NCBI GenBank assembly: GCA_965644295.1
Contig: CBFFRP010000373.1
Span: 248,001 to 312,000, forward strand
Direction of reading: 5' to 3'
Source of the DNA: Paraphysomonas bandaiensis
Lineage: Eukaryota; Protista; Chrysophyceae
DNA: 64,000 nucleotides
In this document: piece after piece, positions 26,363 through 36,193 of the stretch
Layout of the letters: every line of letters starts with the position of its first letter
How positions within the stretch are numbered: the stretch's first letter is position 1
The notes under the pieces: model-generated
What the model saw: only the letters and a program-made list of their open reading frames with translations
Databases searched by the model: none
Told to the model about the DNA's origin: nothing
Translations under genes and position numbers: made by a program

Positions 26363-29300
26363 TTACAAGAGTATATCAGGAAAACTCTTGCAAAACTCCG
26401 AATCAACAAGCACCATGGTAGACGGATTGAAGTCGAAGCATAGTCCATAGCAGTAAACATCATAGGCACTCCATTCATAGGTATTGTCGAAGAGTGGGCA
26501 GTATAAATCGATGCGTAGACGGCGTTTGCCTGCCCATCGTTTATAACGGCATAATACTACATAATTTGTGACATAGCAATCCGGTAATGATAATGCGTCG
26601 TAGAAGTCTGCTCCCCAAGCTCGTAGGTTGATGTACACCTCTTGGCCTGGTTGAACTCCATCAATCTGCTGTTTCCGCATTCGTAGTCGTTGTTCTTTAG
26701 CTTCCTTAGCAGAAAATAAAAGCGGAAATAACGCAGGAACGTCTTTACAATACTGCTGAAAAGCCCGTGCTGTTGCAAGATCGGAATTGTATGGAATCCA
26801 CACTTGTGAATCATCGCTAAATAATACGAGAAAATCCATAGTAGATCTCTTTTCAGGATCTCCCCGATAAGCCACAATCTTTCGCACTTCATACTGGTTA
26901 TAGTCTACTAAAGCAATGCGGAATGCCTCATCATGGGTACCAAAAAATGGTTTAAGCCAAGACATATGAAAGACTACCTCAAATCGCATTACAATATGTG
27001 TACAGGTGATATCTGCTTTGTACGTAGAGACAACCTCGTATGGACCTTTAAATCTAGGATATAGTTTTGACGGTTTAAATTTCGAAGAATTAGGATGCAA
27101 TAAAACAAGCTGTCCTGGTTGATATTCCGTAAGTGTCTCCGGAGGTGTTTTGGATTTTCTCTTTGCTTGGATCTTGCGTTGAACATCACATGCAATCTCA
27201 CGTATAGTTCTCAAATTCTGATTTATAAGAGATAAATACTCCGTAGTATCAACCGAATCTGACACAGCATCTGACAATTTGAAATAAGGTTTGTCTATTG
27301 TACCAAATGTAAACTCAAAAGGTGACAATCCCGTTTCGCTACTTATTTCATCATTCAGTATGAACTGGATTACCATATAGCACTCCGGCTCTCCCCAGCA
27401 ATCTTGCAACCTTTCATCATGTACAAGAGCACTTAGAAATCGTAATGTCTCTCTATGAGTTCTCTCCACCATGTTGGACTCATGTCTATCTGTCAAAGAC
27501 ATTCTAAAGCGCACACCAAACCATTTCAACAATAACTGAACAACCTCTGCTGTAATATTCGAACCTGGGTCTGAAATTAACACTTCCGATATTCCGTACG
27601 TCACGAAATAAGAAAACAACGCTCGCGCTACTCCAACCGCCGTGTAATCAGTTGCTGGATACAGACCAACCAAACGCGATGGCAATTGCTTTACAACATG
27701 GATACAACAATGCCCTTTCTTGTCAGGAGGAGACACAGAGAGTGTGTCAAATCCTACGTAATGTCTACAATGCTCGGAGTCTAAAGCTCTGATAGGTGCC
27801 TGCAAGGAAGCACTCATTCCCGCATTAAATTTCTGACAAATGGGACACCGATCTATGAAATCTTGTATCACCTCTGTGGTTAACTTGTGACCTGGAAATA
27901 CCTTACTCAGCTTTAACCATGTTCGTTTAACTCCATGGTGACCTATCCGACCATTGTGTACTAAGTCGAACGCCTCTTTGGGTGAACTAGGTTTTATACC
28001 TTGAGCCGCTAGTTCATCTAAAGCTGCAAGTATCTCAGCTGGAAACGCTGCATAACAAGCTACATCGTCGGTTTCTGAACTCCATTCCCCTACTTGGTTA
28101 AGCTCAATAAGCTGATCATCTGGTAGTAAGTCCGTATTTTCAAACATAACTACTTCACCACATGCGACACTTTCTTCTGGAAAACATTCCATACAAACAG
28201 ACAATAACATAACATGAGCCACAGCCGATTCCTGATCCTTACGAGATAACCAATCAGCAAATCTATTTAACTTTCCCTTGAAGTGAAGCAAGTCGAAATT
28301 GAAATTCTGTATAAACATCCGCATGCGTACTATTCTGTCAACAACCGAAACTTCCATCCATTTAAGATTGGCGTGATCCGTCATGATCGTGAACTTTTTA
28401 CCTCTCAAATAATACGACAAGGCATATACACAAAAGAATATTCCAAAACACTCCTTGTCAATAGTGGACCACTTCAATGTTGGTTCCGAAAATTTCTTCG
28501 ACACCATTGCAATTACTTGATAGAATTCTTGACCATTGGCATCAATGAAAATTTGTAATAACACACCTCCACATGCATAAAACGAAGCATCTGTCATCAA
28601 GATCCATCTTAAAGAATAGTCGGGATGATACAGAGTAAGAGATTTTAGAATCGCCTCTTTAAATCTACTAAATTCCTCCCTGTAATTTACTTTCCAACAA
28701 TTCTCATTCCAGTCAAAATTCTTCTTCGTCATGTCATGTAACTTATGAGTAAGGTCACTATATAACGGAATAAAAGGTTTAAAATATATTGCCGCTCCAA
28801 GAAATCTCTGCATTTGTTTTGTCTTGTTTTTCCCTTCTGGAAATTCAATTGCAGTTACTGATAATTTTCGGGCCTCAGTTAATTGGTAAGTGTTGTCCTT
28901 GCAAAGATAGCCAAAAAATTCCACTGATGAATAGCCAAATTTGCTTTTCGACAATTTCAACACGACATTATAATAAGTACATTTTTTAATGACCTTCTTG
29001 AATTTCTCAATAGCATCCTGATAATCATACGCTAACACCAGTAAGTTGTCAAATATCACCACCATCCACTCTGAGAATTCGTTGAAAATATCAGACACTA
29101 CATGCATCAAAACTCCACTTGCCGGAGAAACTCCCTCTGGCATAAACTTTGGTTCGAACTGACCCCATGGAGTTTGAACTGACAACAGTGCTGAAACTGA
29201 TTCATGAAGTCTAATACCATGGAAAGCATTACATATGTCTAAATCAATAAACACCTTATACCCAGCTGCTTTATGTAATTCTTTTATAACATCTGGTATG

Positions 29301-30307
29301 GGATAATGCGGACTTTCAATTTCTAAATTAACACGCCTGTAATCACCACATATTCGAATAAAAGGTTTCGTAGCCTTGGGTGCTACTACTATTGGTGATG
29401 CATAAGGACTCGTACTGGGACGATAAAAGTATCCACACATCCTATTGAACTCCTCCTTAGTACGTTCATATAACATAGGTGGTATCCTTCTCATATTCTT
29501 TGGTTTAATTCTATCAGGAATAGTACTTTTCACCTTTAATTTTAACTCAGGAACATGCTGAATTCCAGTCCACTCTCTAGGAACAAAGACGTCAACTGCA
29601 TCCTCTCTCAAAACTCTTAATATATCAGTTTGTTGAGCGAAATCAGGATGTACTTTTGATTCTAGTTCACTAAAATATTTCTCCCTAGCCTCATCCACTG
29701 ACTGTTCCAAAAAAGTCACTAAACTTCCAAAACTACATGGTTCGGGAATCATATCATCTTCCTCTGACTGTTCCGGAATTGGATTTTCCCAAGGATCACA
29801 CACTGGTCCTGACGACATATATCTCCTAAGTTCGTCAATGTCTTCACCAATATTGGCAAGAACTTCTATCTCATTTAAATTAACTGATTGCCCCGCACTC
29901 AGTGATGCTTTCTTAATCATATTCATAAATAACTCGGAAAAATGCTCACAGATTGCCGGTAATCCTATAATAATATCCTTTGCCAAACCGTCCAAAACAT
30001 ACAGTGAAAGTTGTGCTTTGTAGGTCTTACCCTCATCTTCAAAAGCAATTGTAACAGGAATATATCCTTTAAGTTCAATCTGATGTCCGTCTGCTACTTT
30101 AACCCTCAACTTTTTATGTACCATATCTTTTAACAATTTGTCCCCACACTTCTTAACAAAATTTGATGAAATAAAATTATCCGAAGATGATCCGGAATCA
30201 AATAAAACCATTTCCACATTAATCTTATCACCACAATTATTTATTATCATTCCTTGCCTATGTACGGCATTGCGAAATCTGCTGGAAGTATCATTGTAAT
30301 CTCGCAT
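26363..30307 (-). CDS. pol: Gypsy Pol polyprotein (PR-RT-RNase H-IN-GPY/F-chromodomain)
   Basis: LFDSGSS protease. RT LDICNAFH and IFDN. RNase H TDAS/TDH. IN HHCC plus D-D-E. GPYEV. Chromodomain YEVRKIVAYR...FLVLF...WIP. Confidence 0.95.
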   Translation of the reverse strand: MRDYNDTSSRFRNAVHRQGMIINNCGDKINVEMVLFDSGSSSDNFISSNFVKKCGDKLLKDMVHKKLRVKVADGHQIELKGYIPVTIAFEDEGKTYKAQLSLYVLDGLAKDIIIGLPAICEHFSELFMNMIKKASLSAGQSVNLNEIEVLANIGEDIDELRRYMSSGPVCDPWENPIPEQSEEDDMIPEPCSFGSLVTFLEQSVDEAREKYFSELESKVHPDFAQQTDILRVLREDAVDVFVPREWTGIQHVPELKLKVKSTIPDRIKPKNMRRIPPMLYERTKEEFNRMCGYFYRPSTSPYASPIVVAPKATKPFIRICGDYRRVNLEIESPHYPIPDVIKELHKAAGYKVFIDLDICNAFHGIRLHESVSALLSVQTPWGQFEPKFMPEGVSPASGVLMHVVSDIFNEFSEWMVVIFDNLLVLAYDYQDAIEKFKKVIKKCTYYNVVLKLSKSKFGYSSVEFFGYLCKDNTYQLTEARKLSVTAIEFPEGKNKTKQMQRFLGAAIYFKPFIPLYSDLTHKLHDMTKKNFDWNENCWKVNYREEFSRFKEAILKSLTLYHPDYSLRWILMTDASFYACGGVLLQIFIDANGQEFYQVIAMVSKKFSEPTLKWSTIDKECFGIFFCVYALSYYLRGKKFTIMTDHANLKWMEVSVVDRIVRMRMFIQNFNFDLLHFKGKLNRFADWLSRKDQESAVAHVMLLSVCMECFPEESVACGEVVMFENTDLLPDDQLIELNQVGEWSSETDDVACYAAFPAEILAALDELAAQGIKPSSPKEAFDLVHNGRIGHHGVKRTWLKLSKVFPGHKLTTEVIQDFIDRCPICQKFNAGMSASLQAPIRALDSEHCRHYVGFDTLSVSPPDKKGHCCIHVVKQLPSRLVGLYPATDYTAVGVARALFSYFVTYGISEVLISDPGSNITAEVVQLLLKWFGVRFRMSLTDRHESNMVERTHRETLRFLSALVHDERLQDCWGEPECYMVIQFILNDEISSETGLSPFEFTFGTIDKPYFKLSDAVSDSVDTTEYLSLINQNLRTIREIACDVQRKIQAKRKSKTPPETLTEYQPGQLVLLHPNSSKFKPSKLYPRFKGPYEVVSTYKADITCTHIVMRFEVVFHMSWLKPFFGTHDEAFRIALVDYNQYEVRKIVAYRGDPEKRSTMDFLVLFSDDSQVWIPYNSDLATARAFQQYCKDVPALFPLLFSAKEAKEQRLRMRKQQIDGVQPGQEVYINLRAWGADFYDALSLPDCYVTNYVVLCRYKRWAGKRRLRIDLYCPLFDNTYEWSAYDVYCYGLCFDFNPSTMVLVDSEFCKSFPDILL

Positions 30308-30328
30308 AGCCGCTATCAGTGATTGTGC

Positions 30329-31903
30329 TCAAAGGTCATCCAAAGGATTGTCATCCCCTTGTTGAACCTCTTCAACATCAGGTTGATCTCTGGTAAGAAT
30401 ACGTACATCACCAGGACGCTTTCTATCCCCAGGATATCTTTTCAATTGAGCTGGAGAATTACTGTATCGACGTTGAGGTGGTGCATTAATACTTGGTTTG
30501 GGCATTACTGTTAACCCCACTCTTTCAGTCATCTTCTTAAGAGCTTCAGTCAAAACAGCTTTATCATGTGAAAATTTACATGACTTATCTTTGCACCCAC
30601 CATCTTGCGTCAATTCTCTAAAACATGGGGAAGATTTCAATACCTCAGCCGCATACAAATCTTCTTCATGTTTCAGCACGTTTTGCTCCTCATCACTCAC
30701 AGATTCTGAGTCAGAAACTTGTTGCTCAATTTGGTGTAGTCGCTTATCTACAGCAGACGATTTTGTTCGAAAATTAAAACGACTTTTGAATTGATTATAT
30801 TTTAACGACAAATCCCTAGTAATCTTCAACTGCTTAAAGAATTCTTTCAGAAAAGCTTTTACTGAAGGGAAATTTTCCGACCTCATAAGTCTCTTAGTAG
30901 TATCTCTCATACACGCAGGAATAAGACTCATCCACTGTTCCAACGAACCACCTCTCTTAGTCGTTACTAAAGGTATACTCTCATCAAGTTTGTTCATCTT
31001 AGCAGCCTCCTCCAAGAAATCATACCGCTGATTGAACTTCGTTTCCAAAATACAAAGATCCTCATCGACACGACGAAAATCCTCCAACTTGTCCATTGTT
31101 ACTCTGTACGGCAAACACGACTCAAGCAACATCGAATTAAAATCCATCATATCCAAAGGTCTGAACTGATACTTCGCTGCCTCAATAACTCGCGTTACAC
31201 TTGCATCTATGCATTCCAAAGGTTCAGTATAATCATCAGGATATAATTCCATCAACGTAAACCTAATCATTTCCTTAGCCCTGCCTTCCAACAATGTAAA
31301 CACAGAAGGAATTGGTCCATTATCACGACATTTCTCAAACTCAGCAATTCGTTCCAAGAAAACCAAAAACCCATCCAAAGTAATTTCCGACAACCTTATC
31401 TCCAAGTATGAATCGTCTTCTTTGGTCAACGTAACTTTAGCCTTCGGTTGACGATCGATTTCACGAAGTGCTTCCTGAATAGTCTGACGTTTAGGTCTGA
31501 CAGGTGGTCGCTCCTCTTCACTCCTGAGAGCTTGAGTAGCATTCAATACACCCTCACGCACAGCATTCTCTATACGCGTATGCAACAACTCAGGGTCAAT
31601 ATACTGCTGCTCACGTCGCTCAATAGTTGCGGCTACAGGCTGTTCACCATTCCCATGACCATCTGATTTAGACTCTTCAAACGGTATCTCCGAAAGCTGA
31701 TCAGCTTGTATAATTTCTGAATTAGCTCTCGATGACCTTCCAGATCTCCTCTGATTGATCTCCTCAAGACTCCGTTGAACATGCTCATTGAACGCCTGTT
31801 GCTGATGAAAACGCTGCTCCATATACTCACGTTGCTCACGCATATACTGCATCAAGTCTTCCAGAGTAAGCTCTGTCTTCGCATCTCCTTCTGCAGGCTC
31901 CAT
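30329..31903 (-). CDS. gag: Gypsy Gag with a CCCH-type zinc finger
   Basis: 524-aa ORF between the 5' LTR and pol. CFRELTQDGGCKDKSCKFSH = C-x9-C-x4-C-x3-H. Confidence 0.9.
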   Translation of the reverse strand: MEPAEGDAKTELTLEDLMQYMREQREYMEQRFHQQQAFNEHVQRSLEEINQRRSGRSSRANSEIIQADQLSEIPFEESKSDGHGNGEQPVAATIERREQQYIDPELLHTRIENAVREGVLNATQALRSEEERPPVRPKRQTIQEALREIDRQPKAKVTLTKEDDSYLEIRLSEITLDGFLVFLERIAEFEKCRDNGPIPSVFTLLEGRAKEMIRFTLMELYPDDYTEPLECIDASVTRVIEAAKYQFRPLDMMDFNSMLLESCLPYRVTMDKLEDFRRVDEDLCILETKFNQRYDFLEEAAKMNKLDESIPLVTTKRGGSLEQWMSLIPACMRDTTKRLMRSENFPSVKAFLKEFFKQLKITRDLSLKYNQFKSRFNFRTKSSAVDKRLHQIEQQVSDSESVSDEEQNVLKHEEDLYAAEVLKSSPCFRELTQDGGCKDKSCKFSHDKAVLTEALKKMTERVGLTVMPKPSINAPPQRRYSNSPAQLKRYPGDRKRPGDVRILTRDQPDVEEVQQGDDNPLDDL

Positions 31904-32831
31904 GACTCTTAGAACAGTTCAAAGGGCTCAATAACAGAATGAATGTTCTTATCAACTAGTAATATTACTGTAGTTGTTCTTAAGAACAACGTATGCTCAA
32001 GCAAAAACAACACTGATCTACAACGTTTTAAAAAGATTTTAAGTGCACGCCAGCGGGCTGCTACACTGTTGAACTCACCAGCGGGTGATGTTCCTCAACT
32101 CAGACGCAAACCGCGAAAGAATTTAAATAAATCGTTATTTAAAACGTGTAATAGAAAAGTGAGTAACACTGCTATACAACTCTACAGTAACACACACATA
32201 CAACATCATGTTCAGCATTTCACTTCAGCACACAACACACCAGATCAGAAGTATTTTATCCGGTACGTATCTACAGCTTCAACACTCCGTGTATACACTG
32301 AAAGAGTAGAAACTGAAAAGTGTAACTGAAACTGAAAATACAAAAACACTCTGTACGTGTTAGAGAGTACAACAGAAGAGTAACATATCATACTACTACC
32401 AACGCAGAAAATAACCAGTACTGCGTTACAAAAGATCGTTTATACTCTACAGAACGATCACCCAATTGAGCCTGCAGCAGGAGAAAACTCAGATGACGAG
32501 GACTACCAGTATCGACTCGAACAGTATCAGGATGCGAAACGATATTATGATGAAGGTAATAACTACCTATGGTCAGTCATTTCAAGCTCTATCATTGGTC
32601 AGAATGAAGAGGCTGAAGGGATTTTGGAGAACGTCCCCGATGGAGACGGTAAAACCGCCTGGACGGACTTGCTCAACCACTTCAAAGAAAAAACGACTAA
32701 CGATGTAATCACCGATCTGATTGGCCAGTTTCAGAGCATAAAAATCAAAAAAGGTCAGTCGATAATCAACTTTCTTGACGCTGTCGAAAAGCTCCGAAAC
32801 AAGCTGATTAATTATGGTCATCGGATAAGTG

Positions 32832-33287
32832 TGTCACGCAGTACTGGTTACTTATACTGCGTTATTAGTAGTATGATATGTTACTCTTCTGTTGTACTCT
32901 CTAACACGTACAGAGTGTTTTAGTATTTTCAGTTTTCAGTTTTATTTTCAGTTTCTACTCTCAGAGTGTTGAAGCTGTACATACATACCGGATGAAATAC
33001 TTTTAATCGGGTGTGTTGTGTGTTGAAGTGAAATGCTGAACATGATGTATGTGTATGTGTGTGTTACACTGTAGAGAGGTATAGCTGTGTTACTCATTCT
33101 TTTCTATATAACGTTTTAATAACGATTCAATTAAGCTCATTCGCGGTTTGCGTGTGTGTGGAGGAGTTCTACCCGCTGGTAGACTTAACAGTGTAGCAGC
33201 CCGCTGGCGTGCACTCTAAATCTGTTAAAACGTTTTTAGAGAGAGCTTTCTGTCATTCACGTGTTTCTAGTTCTCAGAAACATCACA
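32832..33287 (+). mobile_element. Solo LTR of a sister Gypsy subfamily, opposite orientation
   Basis: TG...CA, 456 bp, diverged homolog of the 462-bp LTR. 4-bp TSD AGTG. Removing it restores the Copia gag frame (ATA AGT GAC). Confidence 0.92.
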
Positions 33288-33736
33288 AGTGACCAAGATC
33301 TTATATCACGCATTCGACAAGGCCTGGTATCCAAAGAAAATATGACGTATCGTGAACTGGCGATCAACCTGCAGATGCACCCTATCGATGACTACAAAAC
33401 ACTCATACGCAGACTACGCGGATTAGGAAGCTCGTCTGTTGGAATGCTCTTGTCAAGCAACGAAGAATCAAAAACCGACAGTATTCAGCTTGCAGCTTCA
33501 AAACCCCCATTTTCCCGAAATAAAGTGAATTCTAAACGCAAAAAGGGGACATCTTTCAGAAACCGTTCCAATAAACCGAAACATGACAAGAGAGCTGACA
33601 AAGACATTAAGTGCTTCCGATGCGATGGAAAAGGACACATCGCTTCAGAATGCAAACACTCCTGGGAAAGGATCCAACAAATGAAGAGTTCCTCCGGAAA
33701 CAAATCAACCAGTAGGAAATTCAAAAAAGTTAGATT

Positions 33737-35587
33737 CCAGATCCACCAGAGCACTGAAAGCTGTTTTCTAGAACTCAATGGTGCCTCCTCTTCACAACTG
33801 CTGCTGGAGTGCCCATCATCAATGCATACAGGCAACTCCTCAGAGCTCTCCATCTCTTTCATCCGACGACTCTTTCTTAAAGTAGACTTAGAATTAGTCA
33901 GGTCATGCACTACAGAAGCTGAAACTTGATATTTTTTTCCAGGACTAGGAACGTCGGTAGCAGCAACAGCAGTAGCTGGAAGCTTACTTGCTTTGTCCCG
34001 CTTTAGTGTCTCAATTTCCCGCTTCATAGACTGCACCAGATTCCTCATTTCATCAATCTGGGCTTGCTTATCCTCCTCTTCTTCCTCCTCCTCTTCTTCC
34101 TCCTCCTCTTCTTCTTCCTCCTCCTCTTCCTCCTCTTCCCCCTCCTCCTCCTTATTAGCTTTCATAATACTGGCGTATCTGGACTTGCACTGGCGCCGAT
34201 TAGCTTTACCAAACTTCTTTTCAACATCTACCCAAGATATCCCCCCTCCACGAGCTGAACCGGTATATCTCTTTACTAGAACAATAAGTCTTTTATCGAG
34301 CTCATCGGTCCAGAGAACACAAGCAGCTCTCTTAGTAGCAGTCCCTGTAGATGCTTTCTTGTTGCCAGCACTTCGTGGATTAGGAGTTATCGGCGGAGAA
34401 GAAATAGTAGATACATCGCACTCACTGTCCGCCTTCTCATTGTCTACGGCATTCATCGCGGTCTGCGATGCTCGTATAGCAATTCTCGTAGACCGAAGTG
34501 CCCCAGTCTCATCAGACACACGACCGCCCGCGGCAACACCAGACAAGTCGACCACACTGGCTGCTCGCTTTGCTTTCTCTTCGAGATTTCCTCGTCGATC
34601 GCGGGCTTTCTGTGGATTTTTACAATTCAAAGAAAGTCCACGACTAGGATTGTACTCCCAGCGATTGACTTGTATGTACTGCTGATACTGTTGAGATACG
34701 AAGTCTTCGTCGAGCTTGAAGTTGTCCTCTAAAAAGCTCTCCAAGCAATGTTTCTGTAGCCACTTCAACCCATGACGGATAAGATGAAACGAATTCGTGT
34801 CTACATCAAATAGTTGAATGTCTACCCTGGGTCGGTTGCAACGCGTGTGCCAGATCTCCCACAGTACCAGACGATGTGACAAGTTAATGTCTGTCTCAGC
34901 ATCAGTACTTAATTCCGTATCACCATCAGGAAGAGTGCGCTTTAGGGTACAGTGACAGATCCAACCCACATTGCTCCTTCGGTCTACCACTGCATGCGCA
35001 TGGCTGTATCCATAGAGAAGTTTAGTAGGGTTCGGAAACAACTCAAAATATTTCTTCCTGTTTCCGGTGATATTGTCCTGATGGTTGACCACGGGCACAA
35101 AAACTTGTTCAACTCCATTGACTTCGATGTCTAAACGAGCTCCCGCTTCCTTTGGAAATGGTGTGTCCAAAACATTACTTAGTATAGCACCCACTGTGTG
35201 CCCAATTCTGTGTCCACTATCCAGCAGCTGCTCACCGCTGTTCTCCTCCTCTTCTTCGTTTTCACTCCACACCTCTTCCTCCTCGGTACCAGCAGAATGC
35301 AAAGCAACCGGCTGTGTATGGTCTTGAAAATTAATGGAAGGAGTGGGAGAGCAGGGGGGATTGTAAGCCACATCTTCTTCTGGACCTGCAGGAGGTGTAT
35401 GCTCAGGTCTCATACATTGCGCGCAGAGCTGGGCATAGCGATAGTCTGATCCATATTGGTCTTGTGGAAACTCTTTACCACAACCGCCAACTCCACTACA
35501 AACTACCATCGTGACTGAGGGAGTAGTCAAAGGATCAGCTGCGTCGTCAGATCGGTCCTCATCATCTGATATACACGCAAATCCCAT
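33737..35587 (-). CDS. Transposon accessory protein with an N-terminal C4 motif, Myb/SANT domain, poly-Glu tract and coiled coil; 3'-truncated
   Basis: WTDELDKRLIVLVKRY...SWVDVEKKFGKANRRQCKSRY is a Myb/SANT repeat. CSGVGGC...CAQC. The listed ORF runs on into antisense Copia gag below 33737. Confidence 0.8.
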
Positions 35588-36193
35588 TAAATACAATTAA
35601 GCGTGAGTTTTTGACAGGTAACACCTGACAAATCACTGTAATGGGTGGTATCTTGGAGCAGCTGCTGGAATTGTTCTGCCTGTTTGTCATTGCTGGACTC
35701 AATCATAACCACAGTTGGGTTTACTTTTGCACACAACAGTTGTATGTTAACAATATTTCAAATTACAGTGACATTGATGACATTGCTCACAGGATGCGTG
35801 TTTTTGCTCGTTGGAATGCACCTATCAAAAAAACATATGCAATCTCCTGCAGAAATTCAAAATACCGAGTGTGGGTGTATGTGGGTATCATCATGGATGA
35901 CCATCGTATACCAATGTATGTATATATAATAACAATGACAACTCCACAACAATATAGCATTGCCATTACATTACTGGCATGCTTTATGCATCTATTCCTA
36001 CCTCATGTCGATAGTGTATTCTAGCAGCAGTTCGACAGCAGATGTCTTTCCTCGACAAGGTTAGTTTGCTGGTACTGTGTATTCATCTGTGTGTTCATGC
36101 ATTACCAACCCACATTCTATGTGTGCATGTGTCTGATCAACACTGTGCTCATTGATGTAAGTTGAATGATACGTGTGAGTCGCTGGGGGCACA

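Larger units (their letters stand above)
25668..32430 (-). mobile_element. Full-length Ty3/Gypsy chromovirus-type LTR retrotransposon, recent insertion
   Basis: Apparently identical 462-bp TG...CA LTRs (25668-26129, 31969-32430). 4-bp TSD AAAG. PPT GGGGGGAAAGAGGGTAG (26130-26146, minus). Intact gag and pol. Confidence 0.97.
25570..33736 (+). pseudogene. Copia-1 gag in three pieces (25570-25667, 32435-32831, 33292-33736)
   Basis: PKFDAKNFSRWQKK start, Copia gag-like helices, zinc knuckle CFRCDGKGHIASEC. Interrupted by the Gypsy and the solo LTR. Confidence 0.85.

Noticed and set aside
33993-34685. Poly-Ser ORF on the plus strand
   Set aside because: Antisense of the poly-Glu tract of the Myb protein.
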